A DNA stretch of 64,000 nucleotides. Source: an uncultured Desulfarculus sp. (GTDB taxonomy: Bacteria > Desulfobacterota > Desulfarculia > Desulfarculales > Desulfarculaceae). Where the stretch lies: contig CAXXUK010000001.1 in assembly GCA_963665125.2 (NCBI GenBank), forward strand, positions 2,688,001 to 2,752,000. The letters run 5' to 3'. Under the pieces are notes generated by a model. It made no database searches. It was given only the letters and a program-made list of their open reading frames with translations, and was not told where the DNA came from. Both the position numbers and the translations under genes were made by a program. Shown here one piece after another: positions 49,911-60,049 of the stretch; position 1 is the first letter of the stretch, and the number at the start of each line of letters is the position of its first letter.

Positions 49911-50199
49911 CTTTGTCTTCCCCAAAGCCGTCTGCGAAAAGCTCCGATATGGCGTTGATGGCTCGCCGGGCGCCGTCGCCGCTGGTGCGCACGGTCAGAT
50001 AGCTGCCCTTGGGCGCGTCCAGGCCCAATATGGCCAATACGCTATCGGCGTCGGCCTCCAAGCCGTCCTTGTGCAAGGTTATACGGCATTCAAAGCCGGA
50101 AGCGGTTTCGGCTATTTTGGCGGCAGCCCTGGCGTGCAGGCCAAGGGTGTTGACAACGGCAAGTTCGGCCTCGAGTTGTGTTTCCTTGGGCTCTTCCAT
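49903..50199 (-). CDS. ptsH: Phosphocarrier protein HPr
   Basis: NTLGLHARAAA, ADADSVLAIL. Confidence 0.93.
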   Translation of the reverse strand: MEEPKETQLEAELAVVNTLGLHARAAAKIAETASGFECRITLHKDGLEADADSVLAILGLDAPKGSYLTVRTSGDGARRAINAISELFADGFGEDKDD

Positions 50200-50203
50200 A
50201 ATA

Positions 50204-51058
50204 TCAGTCTTGACTGTCGTCAGATTCCGCCGCTGCCTTGATCTCCATCAGGCGGCGGTAGACTTCCTTTCTTGTTTTGCCGGTGGCCTGGGCCACCTGC
50301 CTGGCCAGTTCGCTTGGGGCCGCGTCGCCCCGCTCCAGGCCCTGGCTGATAAGCCGGTCTATGTCTTCGGGTTCGGGCCGGGGCGGCTCGCCACCCCAAA
50401 CAACCAGGGTGTATTCGCCCTTGGCGCCGCTTTCCGGCGCCGTCCCGGCAAGCTGCGAACACGTGGTGTGCACCACCTGTTCGTGGATCTTGCTCAATTC
50501 CCTGGCCGCCATGACCGGCCGGTCTCCGGCCACCGCCAGCAGGTCTTCGGCCGTGCGGGCCAATCTGTGCGGTCCCTCGAATATAATCATCGGCCAGCCG
50601 GTTTGCACGGCCTGTTGCAAAACTTCCCGCCTGGCCCCCGTCTTTGGCGGCAAAAAACCGATAAGCACCACCGGCGACGGTTCCAACCCGGCCACGCTCA
50701 GGGCAGCGGCTGCCGCGCTGGGCCCCGGTATGGGGCACACCGCATGGCCGTTTTCCACGGCCCGGCGCACCACCACCGCGCCCGGATCGCTGATACCCGG
50801 CGTGCCCGCATCGGAGACCAGGGCCACGTCGCACCCCTGGCCCAACCAGGCGACCACCTCGTCGGCCGAGCGCTGCCGGTTGGCCTCCCGGCAGCTTATA
50901 ATCTTTTTGCCGCCCAGGCCCAGGTGGCTCAACAGCTTGCGGCTGCGGGCCACGCTCTCGGCCGCGATGACCTTGCACTGGGCCAGGGTCTCGGCCGCCC
51001 GAGGGCTCAAATCGCCCAGGTTGCCGATGGGCGTGGCCACCACGAAAAGCGTCGCCAC
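50204..51058 (-). CDS. rsmI: 16S rRNA C1402 2'-O-methyltransferase
   Basis: VATPIGNLGD, VSDAGTPGISDPG, PIPGPSA, ARELSKIHE. Confidence 0.95.
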   Translation of the reverse strand: MATLFVVATPIGNLGDLSPRAAETLAQCKVIAAESVARSRKLLSHLGLGGKKIISCREANRQRSADEVVAWLGQGCDVALVSDAGTPGISDPGAVVVRRAVENGHAVCPIPGPSAAAAALSVAGLEPSPVVLIGFLPPKTGARREVLQQAVQTGWPMIIFEGPHRLARTAEDLLAVAGDRPVMAARELSKIHEQVVHTTCSQLAGTAPESGAKGEYTLVVWGGEPPRPEPEDIDRLISQGLERGDAAPSELARQVAQATGKTRKEVYRRLMEIKAAAESDDSQD

Positions 51059-51061
51059 GTT

Positions 51062-51412
51062 CTATTCCCCCGGCCTGAATGCGTCGCGCAGGTGTTCCAC
51101 CAGCGGCGGTCCGGCCTTGAAATCCACGCTGACCACGTCGAAGCGGCATTGGGGTTGGGCCTGCATTGCGGCCAGATACGCCCCGGCCGCCCTGGTCAGC
51201 CTGTCCCGCTTGCGGCGGTCCACCGCCTCCATGGGCCTGCCATATCTTATACCGCTACGGCCCTTAACCTCAACAAACACCAAAATTTCGCCGTCCCAGG
51301 CAACGATGTCCAACTCGCCGCCCTCGTTGCGCACATTGCGGCCCACCACCCGCAGCCCGCCGCGTTGCAGGTGAGCCGTGGCCAAGGCCTCGGCTTCGTC
51401 GCCCAAACGCAT
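51062..51412 (-). CDS. yraN: YraN family protein (UPF0102)
   Basis: GELDIVA, VFVEVK.R, CRFDVV. Confidence 0.9.
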   Translation of the reverse strand: MRLGDEAEALATAHLQRGGLRVVGRNVRNEGGELDIVAWDGEILVFVEVKGRSGIRYGRPMEAVDRRKRDRLTRAAGAYLAAMQAQPQCRFDVVSVDFKAGPPLVEHLRDAFRPGE

Positions 51413-51414
51413 CT

Positions 51415-52065
51415 CTAGCCCTCACCCCAGGCCAGGCCCATCTGGGCCACGGTGCCATAGCTGCGGCGGTGAATGGGGCACGGCCCGTGCTTTTCCAGAG
51501 CCTGCTTGTGTTCTGCGGTGGGGTAGCCCTTGTTGGACGCGAAATTATACTGCGGCCACTGCTGGTGCATGCGCATCATCAGGTTGTCGCGCTCCACCTT
51601 GGCCAGGATACTGGCCGCGGCAATGCAGCGACAGGCGGCGTCTCCACCAACAACAGCCTTTTGGGGCAGGTCAAAATCGATCGTGAATCGGCCGTCTATC
51701 AAAAGAAAATCGGGCGAGGAGGAAAGCTGCTCCACCGCCCTACGCATGGCCAACAACGATGCGTGGTGTATGTTGATGCGGTCGATCTCCTCCGGCTGGG
51801 CCATGGCGATGGAATAAACGACATCGCCGCCCCGCAGCACGGCCGAGAGTTCCTCCCGTCGCTTTGCGCTAAGGCGTTTGGAATCGTCCACGCCGGGGTC
51901 TTGCCACCCGAAGGGTAAAATAACGGCGGCGGCCACCACAGGCCCGGCCAGCGGACCGCGTCCGGCCTCGTCAACACCGGCCACGCGCCAAAAGCCATCG
52001 GCGCGCAGCCGTTCTTCGATGTCACCGGCCTCGCGGCCAGTCCGGGAGACGGCCGCCGCGCACAC
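51415..52065 (-). CDS. rnhB: Ribonuclease HII
   Basis: GVDEAGRGPLAGPV, DSKRL, IAAASILAKV.RD, NKGYPT. Confidence 0.96.
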   Translation of the reverse strand: MCAAAVSRTGREAGDIEERLRADGFWRVAGVDEAGRGPLAGPVVAAAVILPFGWQDPGVDDSKRLSAKRREELSAVLRGGDVVYSIAMAQPEEIDRINIHHASLLAMRRAVEQLSSSPDFLLIDGRFTIDFDLPQKAVVGGDAACRCIAAASILAKVERDNLMMRMHQQWPQYNFASNKGYPTAEHKQALEKHGPCPIHRRSYGTVAQMGLAWGEG

Positions 52066-52067
52066 GG

Positions 52068-52418
52068 TTAGTCGCGCCCCCGCTCCTTGAGCCGGGCGGC
52101 TTTACCGCGCAGGCCGCGCAGGTAGTAGATACGGCCCTGGCGAACCTTGGCCCTGGTAACCACCTCGACGCGGTCGATCGTCGGCGAATGAACCGGGAAG
52201 ACACGCTCCACGCCCACGCCGTAGGAAATCTTGCGCACGGTGAAGGTCTCGCCGGCACCACCGCCGCGGCGGCGCAGAACCACACCCTCGTAAACCTGGA
52301 TGCGCTCTTTTTCACCCTCTTTGATCCGCACGTGGACCCTTACCGTATCGCCACCGCGAAATTCCGGAATATCGACGCGTTGTTGCTCTCGCTCGAGCAT
52401 TTCGATGGCGTCCATCAC
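52068..52418 (-). CDS. rplS: 50S ribosomal protein L19
   Basis: [35 protein letters not shown]. Confidence 0.98.
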   Translation of the reverse strand: MMDAIEMLEREQQRVDIPEFRGGDTVRVHVRIKEGEKERIQVYEGVVLRRRGGGAGETFTVRKISYGVGVERVFPVHSPTIDRVEVVTRAKVRQGRIYYLRGLRGKAARLKERGRD

Positions 52419-52497
52419 TCCACACTCCCATCAACTGCGCCGGTTATTTCGGCGCCTTGTTCGCTTAATCAGCGCCCAGTTCGGGCGACTGCAATAT

Positions 52498-53235
52498 TTA
52501 TCGTATATCTTCGGCCCGCGCCACCTCATCCAGCAGCGCCAGGTCTTTTTCACTCAAATTGGCGGCTTTTATCAAATCGGGCCGCCGTTTTTTTGTCCGC
52601 AGCAGCGACATGCCCCGCCGCCAGCGTTCGATGGCCCCGTGATTGCCGCTGGTCAGCACCTCGGGCACGGCCATGCCCCTGAACTCCGGCGGCCGCGTGT
52701 AATGGGGGTGCTCCAGTAAGCCGTCGCTGAAACTGTCCAGGGCCGCCGAGTCGTCGGCGCCCAACACCCCAGGCAAAAGCCGACTCACCGCGTCGATGAC
52801 GCACAAGGCGGCCAGTTCGCCGCCGGAGATCACAAAGTCGCCCAAGGAGATTTCGCGGTCCACTTTCAACCGGCGGAACCGCTCGTCCACGCCCTCGTAG
52901 CGGCCGCAGACCAAAATCAGCCTCTGCTCGGCGGCCAGTTCACTGGCCATGGCCTGATCAAAGGCGTCGCCCTGGGGCGAGAGCAAAATCACCGGCCCCG
53001 GCGGATCGGCGGGAAGGCCTTCCACCGCCCGGCACAGCGGACCGGCCATCATGACCATGCCGCTGCCGCCTCCATAGGGCGTGTCATCCACGGTGTGGTG
53101 CTTATCCTCGGCAAAGTCGCGGATATTTGTCGCCCGCACCGTGATCAACCCGGCCTTTTGGGCCCGGCCCAAAATCGAGGCCCCGGCGTAAGCGTCGCAG
53201 ACCTCGGGGAAAAGCGTCAATACATCGAAAATCAT
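52498..53235 (-). CDS. trmD: tRNA (guanine37-N1)-methyltransferase
   Basis: [36 protein letters not shown]. Confidence 0.97.
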   Translation of the reverse strand: MIFDVLTLFPEVCDAYAGASILGRAQKAGLITVRATNIRDFAEDKHHTVDDTPYGGGSGMVMMAGPLCRAVEGLPADPPGPVILLSPQGDAFDQAMASELAAEQRLILVCGRYEGVDERFRRLKVDREISLGDFVISGGELAALCVIDAVSRLLPGVLGADDSAALDSFSDGLLEHPHYTRPPEFRGMAVPEVLTSGNHGAIERWRRGMSLLRTKKRRPDLIKAANLSEKDLALLDEVARAEDIR

Positions 53236-53264
53236 TTACACACCGGAAGTCCCCCGGCCGGTTT

Positions 53265-53798
53265 CTATTCCCAGCCCTGGGCCTCCAGCAGGCCTTCGGG
53301 CGGGTCCACCACAACCTTGCCGCCGGCGGTGTCGACCTCCAGCAAAACGCCTTCGATCAACGGAATCAGGGCCTCCCGACCGCCTTCGCCCCGCACGACC
53401 ATCATGTCGTGGGCGTTGGTTTCGGTCAGGGCGTGCACCGTGCCCAGCCGTCCGCCTCCGGCGTCGAAAACCTCGGCGCCGATGACCTCGTGCCAGTAGA
53501 ACTCGTCATCGGCGGGCGGAGGCATATCCTCGGCCCGGATATAGATCCAGGCCCCGCCCGTCTCGGCGGCCTGCTCGCGGGTGGTGACGCCTTCCAGGCT
53601 CATCAGCAGTCTTCCGCCGTGCTCACGCATGGACAAAAGCCTGCGGGGCTTGGCCCGCTGGGGGTCCGGGCCGAAATAAACGGCTGCGGCTCCCAGAAAC
53701 AACTCGGGGTCATCGGCAAAGGAACTAACCTTGACCTCGCCCTTAAGCCCGTAAGCTCCCGCCGAGCGGCCCATTACAACCAGCTTGGCAGGGGGCAT
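53265..53798 (-). CDS. rimM: Ribosome maturation factor RimM
   Basis: AYGLKGEV, DEFYWHEVIG, LIP; position between khpA and trmD. Confidence 0.95.
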   Translation of the reverse strand: MPPAKLVVMGRSAGAYGLKGEVKVSSFADDPELFLGAAAVYFGPDPQRAKPRRLLSMREHGGRLLMSLEGVTTREQAAETGGAWIYIRAEDMPPPADDEFYWHEVIGAEVFDAGGGRLGTVHALTETNAHDMMVVRGEGGREALIPLIEGVLLEVDTAGGKVVVDPPEGLLEAQGWE

Positions 53799-53800
53799 TT

Positions 53801-54031
53801 TTATTCGATGATCTCCAGCACCGACCGTTTTCGGATCTTGGTCGAGGCCGCACTCAAGATGGTGCGCATGGCCCGGGCCGTGCGGCCCTGCTTGCCAATG
53901 ACCTTGCCCAAGTCCTCCTTGGCCACCTTTAGTTCGATCACCGAGGTTTGTTCACCTTCTATTTCACTGACTTCAACCTGCTCCGGGTTGTCTACCAGCG
54001 CCTGCGCAATGTACTTGATCAGCTCCTTCAT
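53801..54031 (-). CDS. khpA: KH-domain RNA-binding protein
   Basis: [21 protein letters not shown]. Confidence 0.95.
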   Translation of the reverse strand: MKELIKYIAQALVDNPEQVEVSEIEGEQTSVIELKVAKEDLGKVIGKQGRTARAMRTILSAASTKIRKRSVLEIIE

Positions 54032-54112
54032 AGAGCACCTCCTCCGGGGTCGCAGTGGTATGAACGGTGGCTAAAAACCACGGTAGATCAAACTCGAACG
54101 ACAAACGCCGAA

Positions 54113-54382
54113 TTAAGCGCTGGCCGCCTCTCCCTTGCCGGGCATCAAATCCCTGGCCTTGAGCAGGCTGGCTACGGTGTCGGAGCACTGAGCGCCCTGA
54201 TCGAGCCATTTCTGCAATACTTCGGCTTTGATGTTGACAGCCGCCGGGTCCTGGTTGGGATCATAGGTGCCCACGATCTCCAGGAAACGGCCATCGCGCT
54301 TGGCCTCGCTGTCGGCCGCCACGATGCGGTAGAAGGGTTTCTTTTTCGAGCCCATGCGGGTCAGTCTAATGCGTACAGACAT
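54113..54382 (-). CDS. rpsP: 30S ribosomal protein S16
   Basis: [22 protein letters not shown]....RDG. Confidence 0.97.
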   Translation of the reverse strand: MSVRIRLTRMGSKKKPFYRIVAADSEAKRDGRFLEIVGTYDPNQDPAAVNIKAEVLQKWLDQGAQCSDTVASLLKARDLMPGKGEAASA

Positions 54383-54435
54383 TTTCTCGTGTTTCCGATG
54401 CGTTTTGGTTGCCGCTGAACCTGTTGTCAATAAAT

Positions 54436-55773
54436 TTACATGGACGTAAGCAGCCGTTTAAGGCCCTTGCGCTTACCGCCCATCTTGCTCATTTGCTTCA
54501 TCATTTTTCTCGCCTGGTTGAAGTTTTTCAACAGGCGGTTAACTTCCGCCACCGTCGTGCCCGAGCCCTTGGCAATACGTTTGCGCCGCGAGGCGTTGAT
54601 GATCGCCGGTTTGGCCCTTTCGCCGGGGGTCATCGAACTGATGATGGCCTCGACGCGCACGATCTCTTTTTCATCTGGCTGCATGTTCTTGAGCTCTTTG
54701 AGCTTGCCTGCGCCCGGAAGCATCTTGAGTATCGACTCCATGGACCCGAGCTTTTTGATCTGTCTGATCTGCTCCCGGAAGTCCTCCAGGTCGAACTCGT
54801 TTTTGGCCATCTTTTTGGCCAGGGCGTCGGCTTTTTCCCGCTCGATGCCCGCCGCGGCCTTTTCCACCAGGCTGAGCACGTCGCCCATGCCCAGGATGCG
54901 TCCGGCCATGCGGTCGGGGTGGAAAAGCTCCAGGGCGTCGAGTTTTTCGCCCACGCCCATGAGCTTGAGCGGCACGCCCGTCACCGCCCTGATCGACAGC
55001 GCCGCGCCGCCGCGGGCGTCACCCTCGACCTTGGTCAGAACCGCGCCGGTGAGCCCCAGCTTTTCGTGGAAGCTCTCGGCCACGTTCACGGCGTCCTGGC
55101 CGGTCATGGCGTCGGCCACAAGAAGCACCTCCGACGGCTGGAGCTTGGACTTAATCCGCTGAAGCTCTGCCATCAGGGGCTCGTCTATGTGCAGGCGTCC
55201 GGCAGTGTCCAGGATAAGTACGTCGCAGCCCTCACGGGATGCCGTGGACAACGCGTGGACGCATATTTCAACCGGGTCGCCGCCGGGGTTGCTGTCGTGC
55301 ACCGGCACGCCGACCTGGGAACCGAGCGTCTTGAGCTGGGCTATGGCCGCGGGCCGCTGCACGTCGGCGGGCACCAAAAGCGGCTTTTTGCCGGCCTTCT
55401 TGAGCATGCGGGCCAGTTTGCCCGCCGTGGTGGTCTTACCGGCGCCCTGCAGGCCCACCATCATCAGCACGTGGGGCGTGCGGCCACTCAGATCCAGGGG
55501 CTCGGCCTCGCCGCCCATCAGCGCGGTCAGCTCTTCCTGGACGATCTTGACGACCATCTGGGCAGGAGTGAGGCTCTTCATCACGTCCTGGCCCACGGCC
55601 CGCTGGCGAACTCCAGCTATGAAGTCCTTGGCGACCTTGTAGTTGACGTCGGCTTCCAGCAATGCCAGGCGGACTTCTCGCATGGCGTCGGCAATATTCT
55701 TTTCAGATAATTTGCCGTGCCCTTTGAGTTTCTTGAATGTATCAGCCAGGCGATCGCTGAGATTATCGAACAT
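54436..55773 (-). CDS. ffh: Signal recognition particle protein
   Basis: [32 protein letters not shown] domain. Confidence 0.98.
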   Translation of the reverse strand: MFDNLSDRLADTFKKLKGHGKLSEKNIADAMREVRLALLEADVNYKVAKDFIAGVRQRAVGQDVMKSLTPAQMVVKIVQEELTALMGGEAEPLDLSGRTPHVLMMVGLQGAGKTTTAGKLARMLKKAGKKPLLVPADVQRPAAIAQLKTLGSQVGVPVHDSNPGGDPVEICVHALSTASREGCDVLILDTAGRLHIDEPLMAELQRIKSKLQPSEVLLVADAMTGQDAVNVAESFHEKLGLTGAVLTKVEGDARGGAALSIRAVTGVPLKLMGVGEKLDALELFHPDRMAGRILGMGDVLSLVEKAAAGIEREKADALAKKMAKNEFDLEDFREQIRQIKKLGSMESILKMLPGAGKLKELKNMQPDEKEIVRVEAIISSMTPGERAKPAIINASRRKRIAKGSGTTVAEVNRLLKNFNQARKMMKQMSKMGGKRKGLKRLLTSM

Positions 55774-55855
55774 CAGCCGTCATTTCCACTCATTTCAAGA
55801 ACCGCTGTAAAAAGGCGCACCACGCCCGTCTGCGGACAAGCCCACAAAGATGGGG

Positions 55856-55884
55856 ATTATATGGGAAGCCTGGTTCGCCGTCAA
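55856..55884 (-). promoter_or_regulatory. Sigma70 promoter of the ffh-rpsP operon
   Basis: TTGACG (55884-55879), N17, TATAAT (55861-55856). Confidence 0.75.
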
Positions 55885-56023
55885 CTGGCCCACTTTCTTT
55901 TTGCCGATTTTATTAAGCCAGCTTGTGAATTAATAATAGCACCCGACCAACTAGGCTTTCAATTGCTTGTTGCCACGGGCAAGCCGCGGTCATAAAATTC
56001 CCCAAGCTTCAAGGGAGTCTTCT

Positions 56024-57067
56024 ATGTCTGATCCATCTTCACTATTATGCCTCGACGTGGGCGGCGGAACACAAGACATTCTTTTCTATGATCCAGCCCA
56101 GCCCATTGAAAACGCACTCAAAATGGTCTTGCCTTCGCCCACCGTGGCCGTTGGCCGGGCCATTGCCGGGGCCACGGCGCAAGGCAAGGCGGTTTTCCTG
56201 GCCGGTTCGCTGATGGGCGGCGGGGCCATGAGCCGGGCCATCAAACAGCACCTGGCCGCCGGGCTGGCGGCCTACGCCGAGCCGGGCGCCGCGGCCAGCC
56301 TACACGACAACCCGGACCGCGTGCGGGCCATGGGCGTGATCATCACCAGCAAGCCGCCAGCCCTGGCCGCCCATATCCAAACCGGCGACATCATGCTCGG
56401 CGAATTGCGGGGCGTCTGCACCTCGTTCGGCATCGACATGCCCGCCCAACTGGCCGTCGCCCTGTGCGATCACGGTTTCAGCCCCGATGAATCCAACCGG
56501 CGTTTCCGCTTCCGCATATGGGAGAATTTCCTGGCCTCCGGCGGCGACCTGGCCGGGCTGATCAGCGCCGACCCGCCCCAAAGCCAGAGCCGGCTGCGGG
56601 CGGCCATGGCCGTCTGGCCCGGCTGCCTGGTCATGGACACCGCCGCGGCGGCGGCCTGGGGCGCCCTCCAGGACCCGGCAGTGGCCGAGCGCGCCGCCGC
56701 TGGCCTGTGCATCGTCAACATGGGCAATGAACACACCGTGGCCTTTTTGATCAAAGACCGCAGGGTGTGGTCCATCTACGAGCACCACACCGGCCTGTTG
56801 GACGCGACCAAGCTTGCCGGGCACATGGAGCGGTTCATCCGGGGCGAAATTTCAAACGACGAAATATTCGACGACAACGGCCACGGCTGCGCCCGCATTG
56901 ACGGCGCGCCCACGTCCGTATCCGGGCCCATCGTCCTCACCGGCCCCCGCCGGGCCATGGCCGCAGGGCTGGGCTGGCAAACGGCCTGCCCCCACGGCGA
57001 CGTGATGCTTTCGGGCTGCTTCGGCCTGTTGGCCGCCGCCCTTGACCGCCAGGGAACGGCCATCTAA
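56024..57067 (+). CDS. DUF1786 family protein
   Basis: LDVGGGTQD, KMVLPSPT, MGGG, DHGFSP, SNRRFRF, VNMGNEHT, EHHTG, GHG. Confidence 0.85.
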   Translation: MSDPSSLLCLDVGGGTQDILFYDPAQPIENALKMVLPSPTVAVGRAIAGATAQGKAVFLAGSLMGGGAMSRAIKQHLAAGLAAYAEPGAAASLHDNPDRVRAMGVIITSKPPALAAHIQTGDIMLGELRGVCTSFGIDMPAQLAVALCDHGFSPDESNRRFRFRIWENFLASGGDLAGLISADPPQSQSRLRAAMAVWPGCLVMDTAAAAAWGALQDPAVAERAAAGLCIVNMGNEHTVAFLIKDRRVWSIYEHHTGLLDATKLAGHMERFIRGEISNDEIFDDNGHGCARIDGAPTSVSGPIVLTGPRRAMAAGLGWQTACPHGDVMLSGCFGLLAAALDRQGTAI

Positions 57068-57874
57068 ATGAGCAACACCATCCCCGCCGCATATGAGCGC
57101 CAGCTGGGCTTTGTGAGCCCCGAGGAGCAACAGTTCCTGGACCGCTCGGGCGTGGCCGTCATCGGCCTGGGCGGGGTGGGCGGCGTGGCCGCCGAGCTTT
57201 TGGTCCGGGCGGGTGTGGGCAAACTCAGCGTCTGCGATGGCGATGTGTTCGAGGCCTCCAACCTCAACCGCCAGGTTGGCTCCACCACGGCGAACCTGGG
57301 CCAGCCCAAGACCGACGCCATGGCCCAGCGCCTGCTGGCCGTAAACCCAGCCCTTGAGTTGTATGTGCTGCCTCCGGCGGCCTCCCCGGACTGGCGGGAT
57401 GAACTGCTCGCCGGACATGCGGCGATCGTCCAGGCCGCCGACGCGAGCCGGGCCTCCCTAGCCGTGCTGCGGGCCGGGCGCTCCCTGGGCATCCCCATGT
57501 TGGAGGCCGTGGCCTTGCCCGTGGTGCAGGTGCGGGCCTTCAAACCGGACGGCCCGGATCCCGAGGAGGGCATGGCCACCATGGGCCGTCCCCTGGCCGA
57601 TTTCAGCGACGACGATATCGCCTCGGCCCAGGCCAACAGCCCGCTGTCGGCCTGGATCGACGGCCAGGGCGAGCCCCTGGGCCTGAGCCCGGACATGCTC
57701 CTGGCCACGGCCCAAGGCCGCGCGGCCCGGGGGTTCGGGCCCCATGTCTGGATAGCCGGGGCCCTGGCCGCCTTGGAAACCATTAAAATCATCCTGGGCC
57801 GCGGCAAGATCGCCTGGCATCCCGGCAAAGCCGCTCTGGACCCTTGCTTATGGCAACTTTTCTTGGCATCCTGA
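57068..57874 (+). CDS. ThiF/MoeB-family adenylyltransferase-like protein
   Basis: YERQLG, IGLGGVG, DGDVFEASNLNRQ, K; starts immediately after the DUF1786 stop. Confidence 0.85.
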   Translation: MSNTIPAAYERQLGFVSPEEQQFLDRSGVAVIGLGGVGGVAAELLVRAGVGKLSVCDGDVFEASNLNRQVGSTTANLGQPKTDAMAQRLLAVNPALELYVLPPAASPDWRDELLAGHAAIVQAADASRASLAVLRAGRSLGIPMLEAVALPVVQVRAFKPDGPDPEEGMATMGRPLADFSDDDIASAQANSPLSAWIDGQGEPLGLSPDMLLATAQGRAARGFGPHVWIAGALAALETIKIILGRGKIAWHPGKAALDPCLWQLFLAS

Positions 57875-57877
57875 GCC

Positions 57878-59662
57878 ATGCTTACTTATCTGCACATAGA
57901 AAATTTCGCGCTCATCGACCGGCTTGAGCTGGAGTTCGGCCCCGGCCTTTCAGTGCTCAGCGGCGAGACCGGCGCGGGCAAGTCCATCATCCTGGCGGCA
58001 ATGGGCCTGATCCTGGGCCAGCGGGCCGCCGCCGACCTGATCCGCCAAGGCGCGGACCAGGCCGTTGTGGAAGCCGTCTTCCAGGTCGAAGAAAACGGCC
58101 CCATCGCCGACATCCTGGCCGACGAGTTGAACAACGGTCTGGAGCCCGGCGGCGAGTTGATCATCCGCCGGGTGGTCAACCGCGAGGGCCGCAACCGGGT
58201 GCAGATATGCGGCGCATTGGCCACTCTGGCCCTGCTGGGCCGCCTGGGCCCCGAACTGGTCAGCGTTGTGGGCCAGCACGACTCGGCCTCCCTCTTGAAG
58301 CCGGACCAGCATCTGGCCCTGCTTGACGCCTTTGGCGGCCTGGAAAAGCAGCACGCCGAAGTTGCCGAAGCGGTGAAGGCAGTCAAGGTCATCGACCGCC
58401 AGATCCGCCATCTCAAGGACGAACTGGAGGCCCGCCGCCGCCGCAAGGACGATCTCGATCACACGGTCAAGGAATTGGAAGCCGCGGCGCTGAATCCGGC
58501 CGAGGAAGACGACCTGCGGACCGAGCGCGATCTCTTGGCCAACTCCGAGCTGGTGGGCCGCCTTAGCCGCGAGGCCCACAACGGCCTCTACGCCGCCGAT
58601 GGCTCCATCCTGGAATACATGGGCAAGGTCAAGGCCCTGCTGGAAGACCTGGCCGCCGTTGACGAGCGGGCCAAGGGCATGTCCGGCCGGGGCGAGGAGC
58701 TGTATTACCTCCTGGAGGACCTGGCCGCCGACGTGCGCACCTACAACGAGCGCCTCAACTTCGACCCCGGCCGCCTGGATTGGCTGGAGGGCCGTCTTCA
58801 CCAGATCCAGCGCATCACCCGCAAGTACGGCGGCGACTCCCACGGCGCCCTGCAAACCCTGGCCGAGGCCAAACGGGAGCTGGAAAGCCTGGAGACCGGC
58901 GACCAGCAACTGGCCGATATGGCCAAGCAGCGCCAGGTGGCCCTGAACGAGGCCGTGGAGCTGGCCGAAAAGCTGAGCACGGCCCGCCGCCAGGCCGCCG
59001 CCAGGCTGGCCGAGGCGGTTATCGGCGAACTGGCCCATTTGGGCATGGACCAGTGCCGCTTTGAAGCCGACTTCCCGGCCCCGGCCGGCGGAACCCTGGA
59101 CACGCCCCAGGGCCCGCTGTCCAGCCAGGGCCTGGAGACCTGCGAATTCCTCATCGCGCCCAACCCAGGCGAGGGCTTGCGGCGTTTGGCCCGCATCGCC
59201 AGCGGCGGCGAGCTTTCCCGCCTGCTTTTGGCCCTGCGCGGCGTGGTGGCCCGCAAGATGGGCATGCCCACCATGGTCTTCGACGAGGTCGACGCCGGAG
59301 TGGGCGGAGCCACCGGCGCGGCCATCGGCCGCAAGCTGGCCGCCCTCAGCTCCGGGGCCCAGGTCATCTGTATCACCCATCTGCCCCAGATAGCCGCCTG
59401 GGCCGACCGCCACATCGCCGTTCAAAAGCAGGTCTCCGACGGACGCACGGCCACGGCCCTGACCGCCCTGGACGACCAGGGCCGCCTGGACGAACTGGCC
59501 CGCATGCTGGCCGGGCCAGACGGCAAGGCCAGCGCCATGGAGCACGCCGCCAGCCTGCTGCAAGCCTCGGCCAGGGAGAAGGCCCAGGGCCTGGGTTCCC
59601 ATATCGCGGGCACCCAATGCTTGGGTTCCCATATCGCGGGCAGCACTCAAAGCCCCAAATAA
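57878..59662 (+). CDS. recN: DNA repair protein RecN
   Basis: IENFALID, GETGAGKS, ASGGELSR, FDEVDAG, ITHLPQIAA, ELARML. Confidence 0.97.
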   Translation: MLTYLHIENFALIDRLELEFGPGLSVLSGETGAGKSIILAAMGLILGQRAAADLIRQGADQAVVEAVFQVEENGPIADILADELNNGLEPGGELIIRRVVNREGRNRVQICGALATLALLGRLGPELVSVVGQHDSASLLKPDQHLALLDAFGGLEKQHAEVAEAVKAVKVIDRQIRHLKDELEARRRRKDDLDHTVKELEAAALNPAEEDDLRTERDLLANSELVGRLSREAHNGLYAADGSILEYMGKVKALLEDLAAVDERAKGMSGRGEELYYLLEDLAADVRTYNERLNFDPGRLDWLEGRLHQIQRITRKYGGDSHGALQTLAEAKRELESLETGDQQLADMAKQRQVALNEAVELAEKLSTARRQAAARLAEAVIGELAHLGMDQCRFEADFPAPAGGTLDTPQGPLSSQGLETCEFLIAPNPGEGLRRLARIASGGELSRLLLALRGVVARKMGMPTMVFDEVDAGVGGATGAAIGRKLAALSSGAQVICITHLPQIAAWADRHIAVQKQVSDGRTATALTALDDQGRLDELARMLAGPDGKASAMEHAASLLQASAREKAQGLGSHIAGTQCLGSHIAGSTQSPK

Positions 59663-59946
59663 ACCCCAGTGGCCCCGGCCGGACACCCTCATGATGGCAA
59701 TGTCGTGCGTTACAGATAGGCCGCCCAGGACGGGCGGCCCGGCGAACTGCCGTGCAGCGAGCCGTAAGCCTCGGGCTTGATTCACTCAGCCCGAGGCGCT
59801 GTTCTTCTGACCAAGGATGGCCAGAAAATCAAGGGATAGCACCCTTGGCCCAAGGACGGGCCAAGTAACAAGAAATAGCCCAATGCTTGGGCTCCCATAT
59901 CGCGGGCAGGGTCTAACGCCTGAATAAACCACAGTGGCCCCGGCCG
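59583..59946 (+). repeat. Three copies of a 30-bp unit; copies 2 and 3 extend to ~68-bp direct repeats
   Basis: CCCAATGCTTGGG(T/C)TCCCATATCGCGGGCA at 59613-59642 and 59879-59908, variant at 59583-59612; similarity continues to AATAAACC.CAGTGGCCCCGGCCG. Confidence 0.85.
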
Positions 59947-59984
59947 TGTCTCAAGGTCATAAAGCACACCTTTAGCCTCATTTT

Positions 59985-60030
59985 AGTTGACTTCGCAACT
60001 TATTCGGGCCATATTGGTTGCGATGTCAAC
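59985..60030 (+). promoter_or_regulatory. marR promoter with two inverted operator sites
   Basis: TTGACT-N17-CATATT; GTTGACTTCGCAAC (59986-59999) and GTTGCGATGTCAAC (60017-60030) are reverse complements at 13/14 positions. Confidence 0.65.
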
Positions 60031-60049
60031 AATGATGAGGGCAAAGCCG

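Noticed and set aside
55774..56023. SRP RNA (ffs) beside ffh
   Set aside because: No conserved domain IV motif (CAGG...GGAA...AGCAG) found; region is explained by divergent promoters
59583..59946. Possible CRISPR array (30-bp repeats)
   Set aside because: Only three copies, two directly adjacent and one ~236 bp away; no regular spacers and no cas genes in the window
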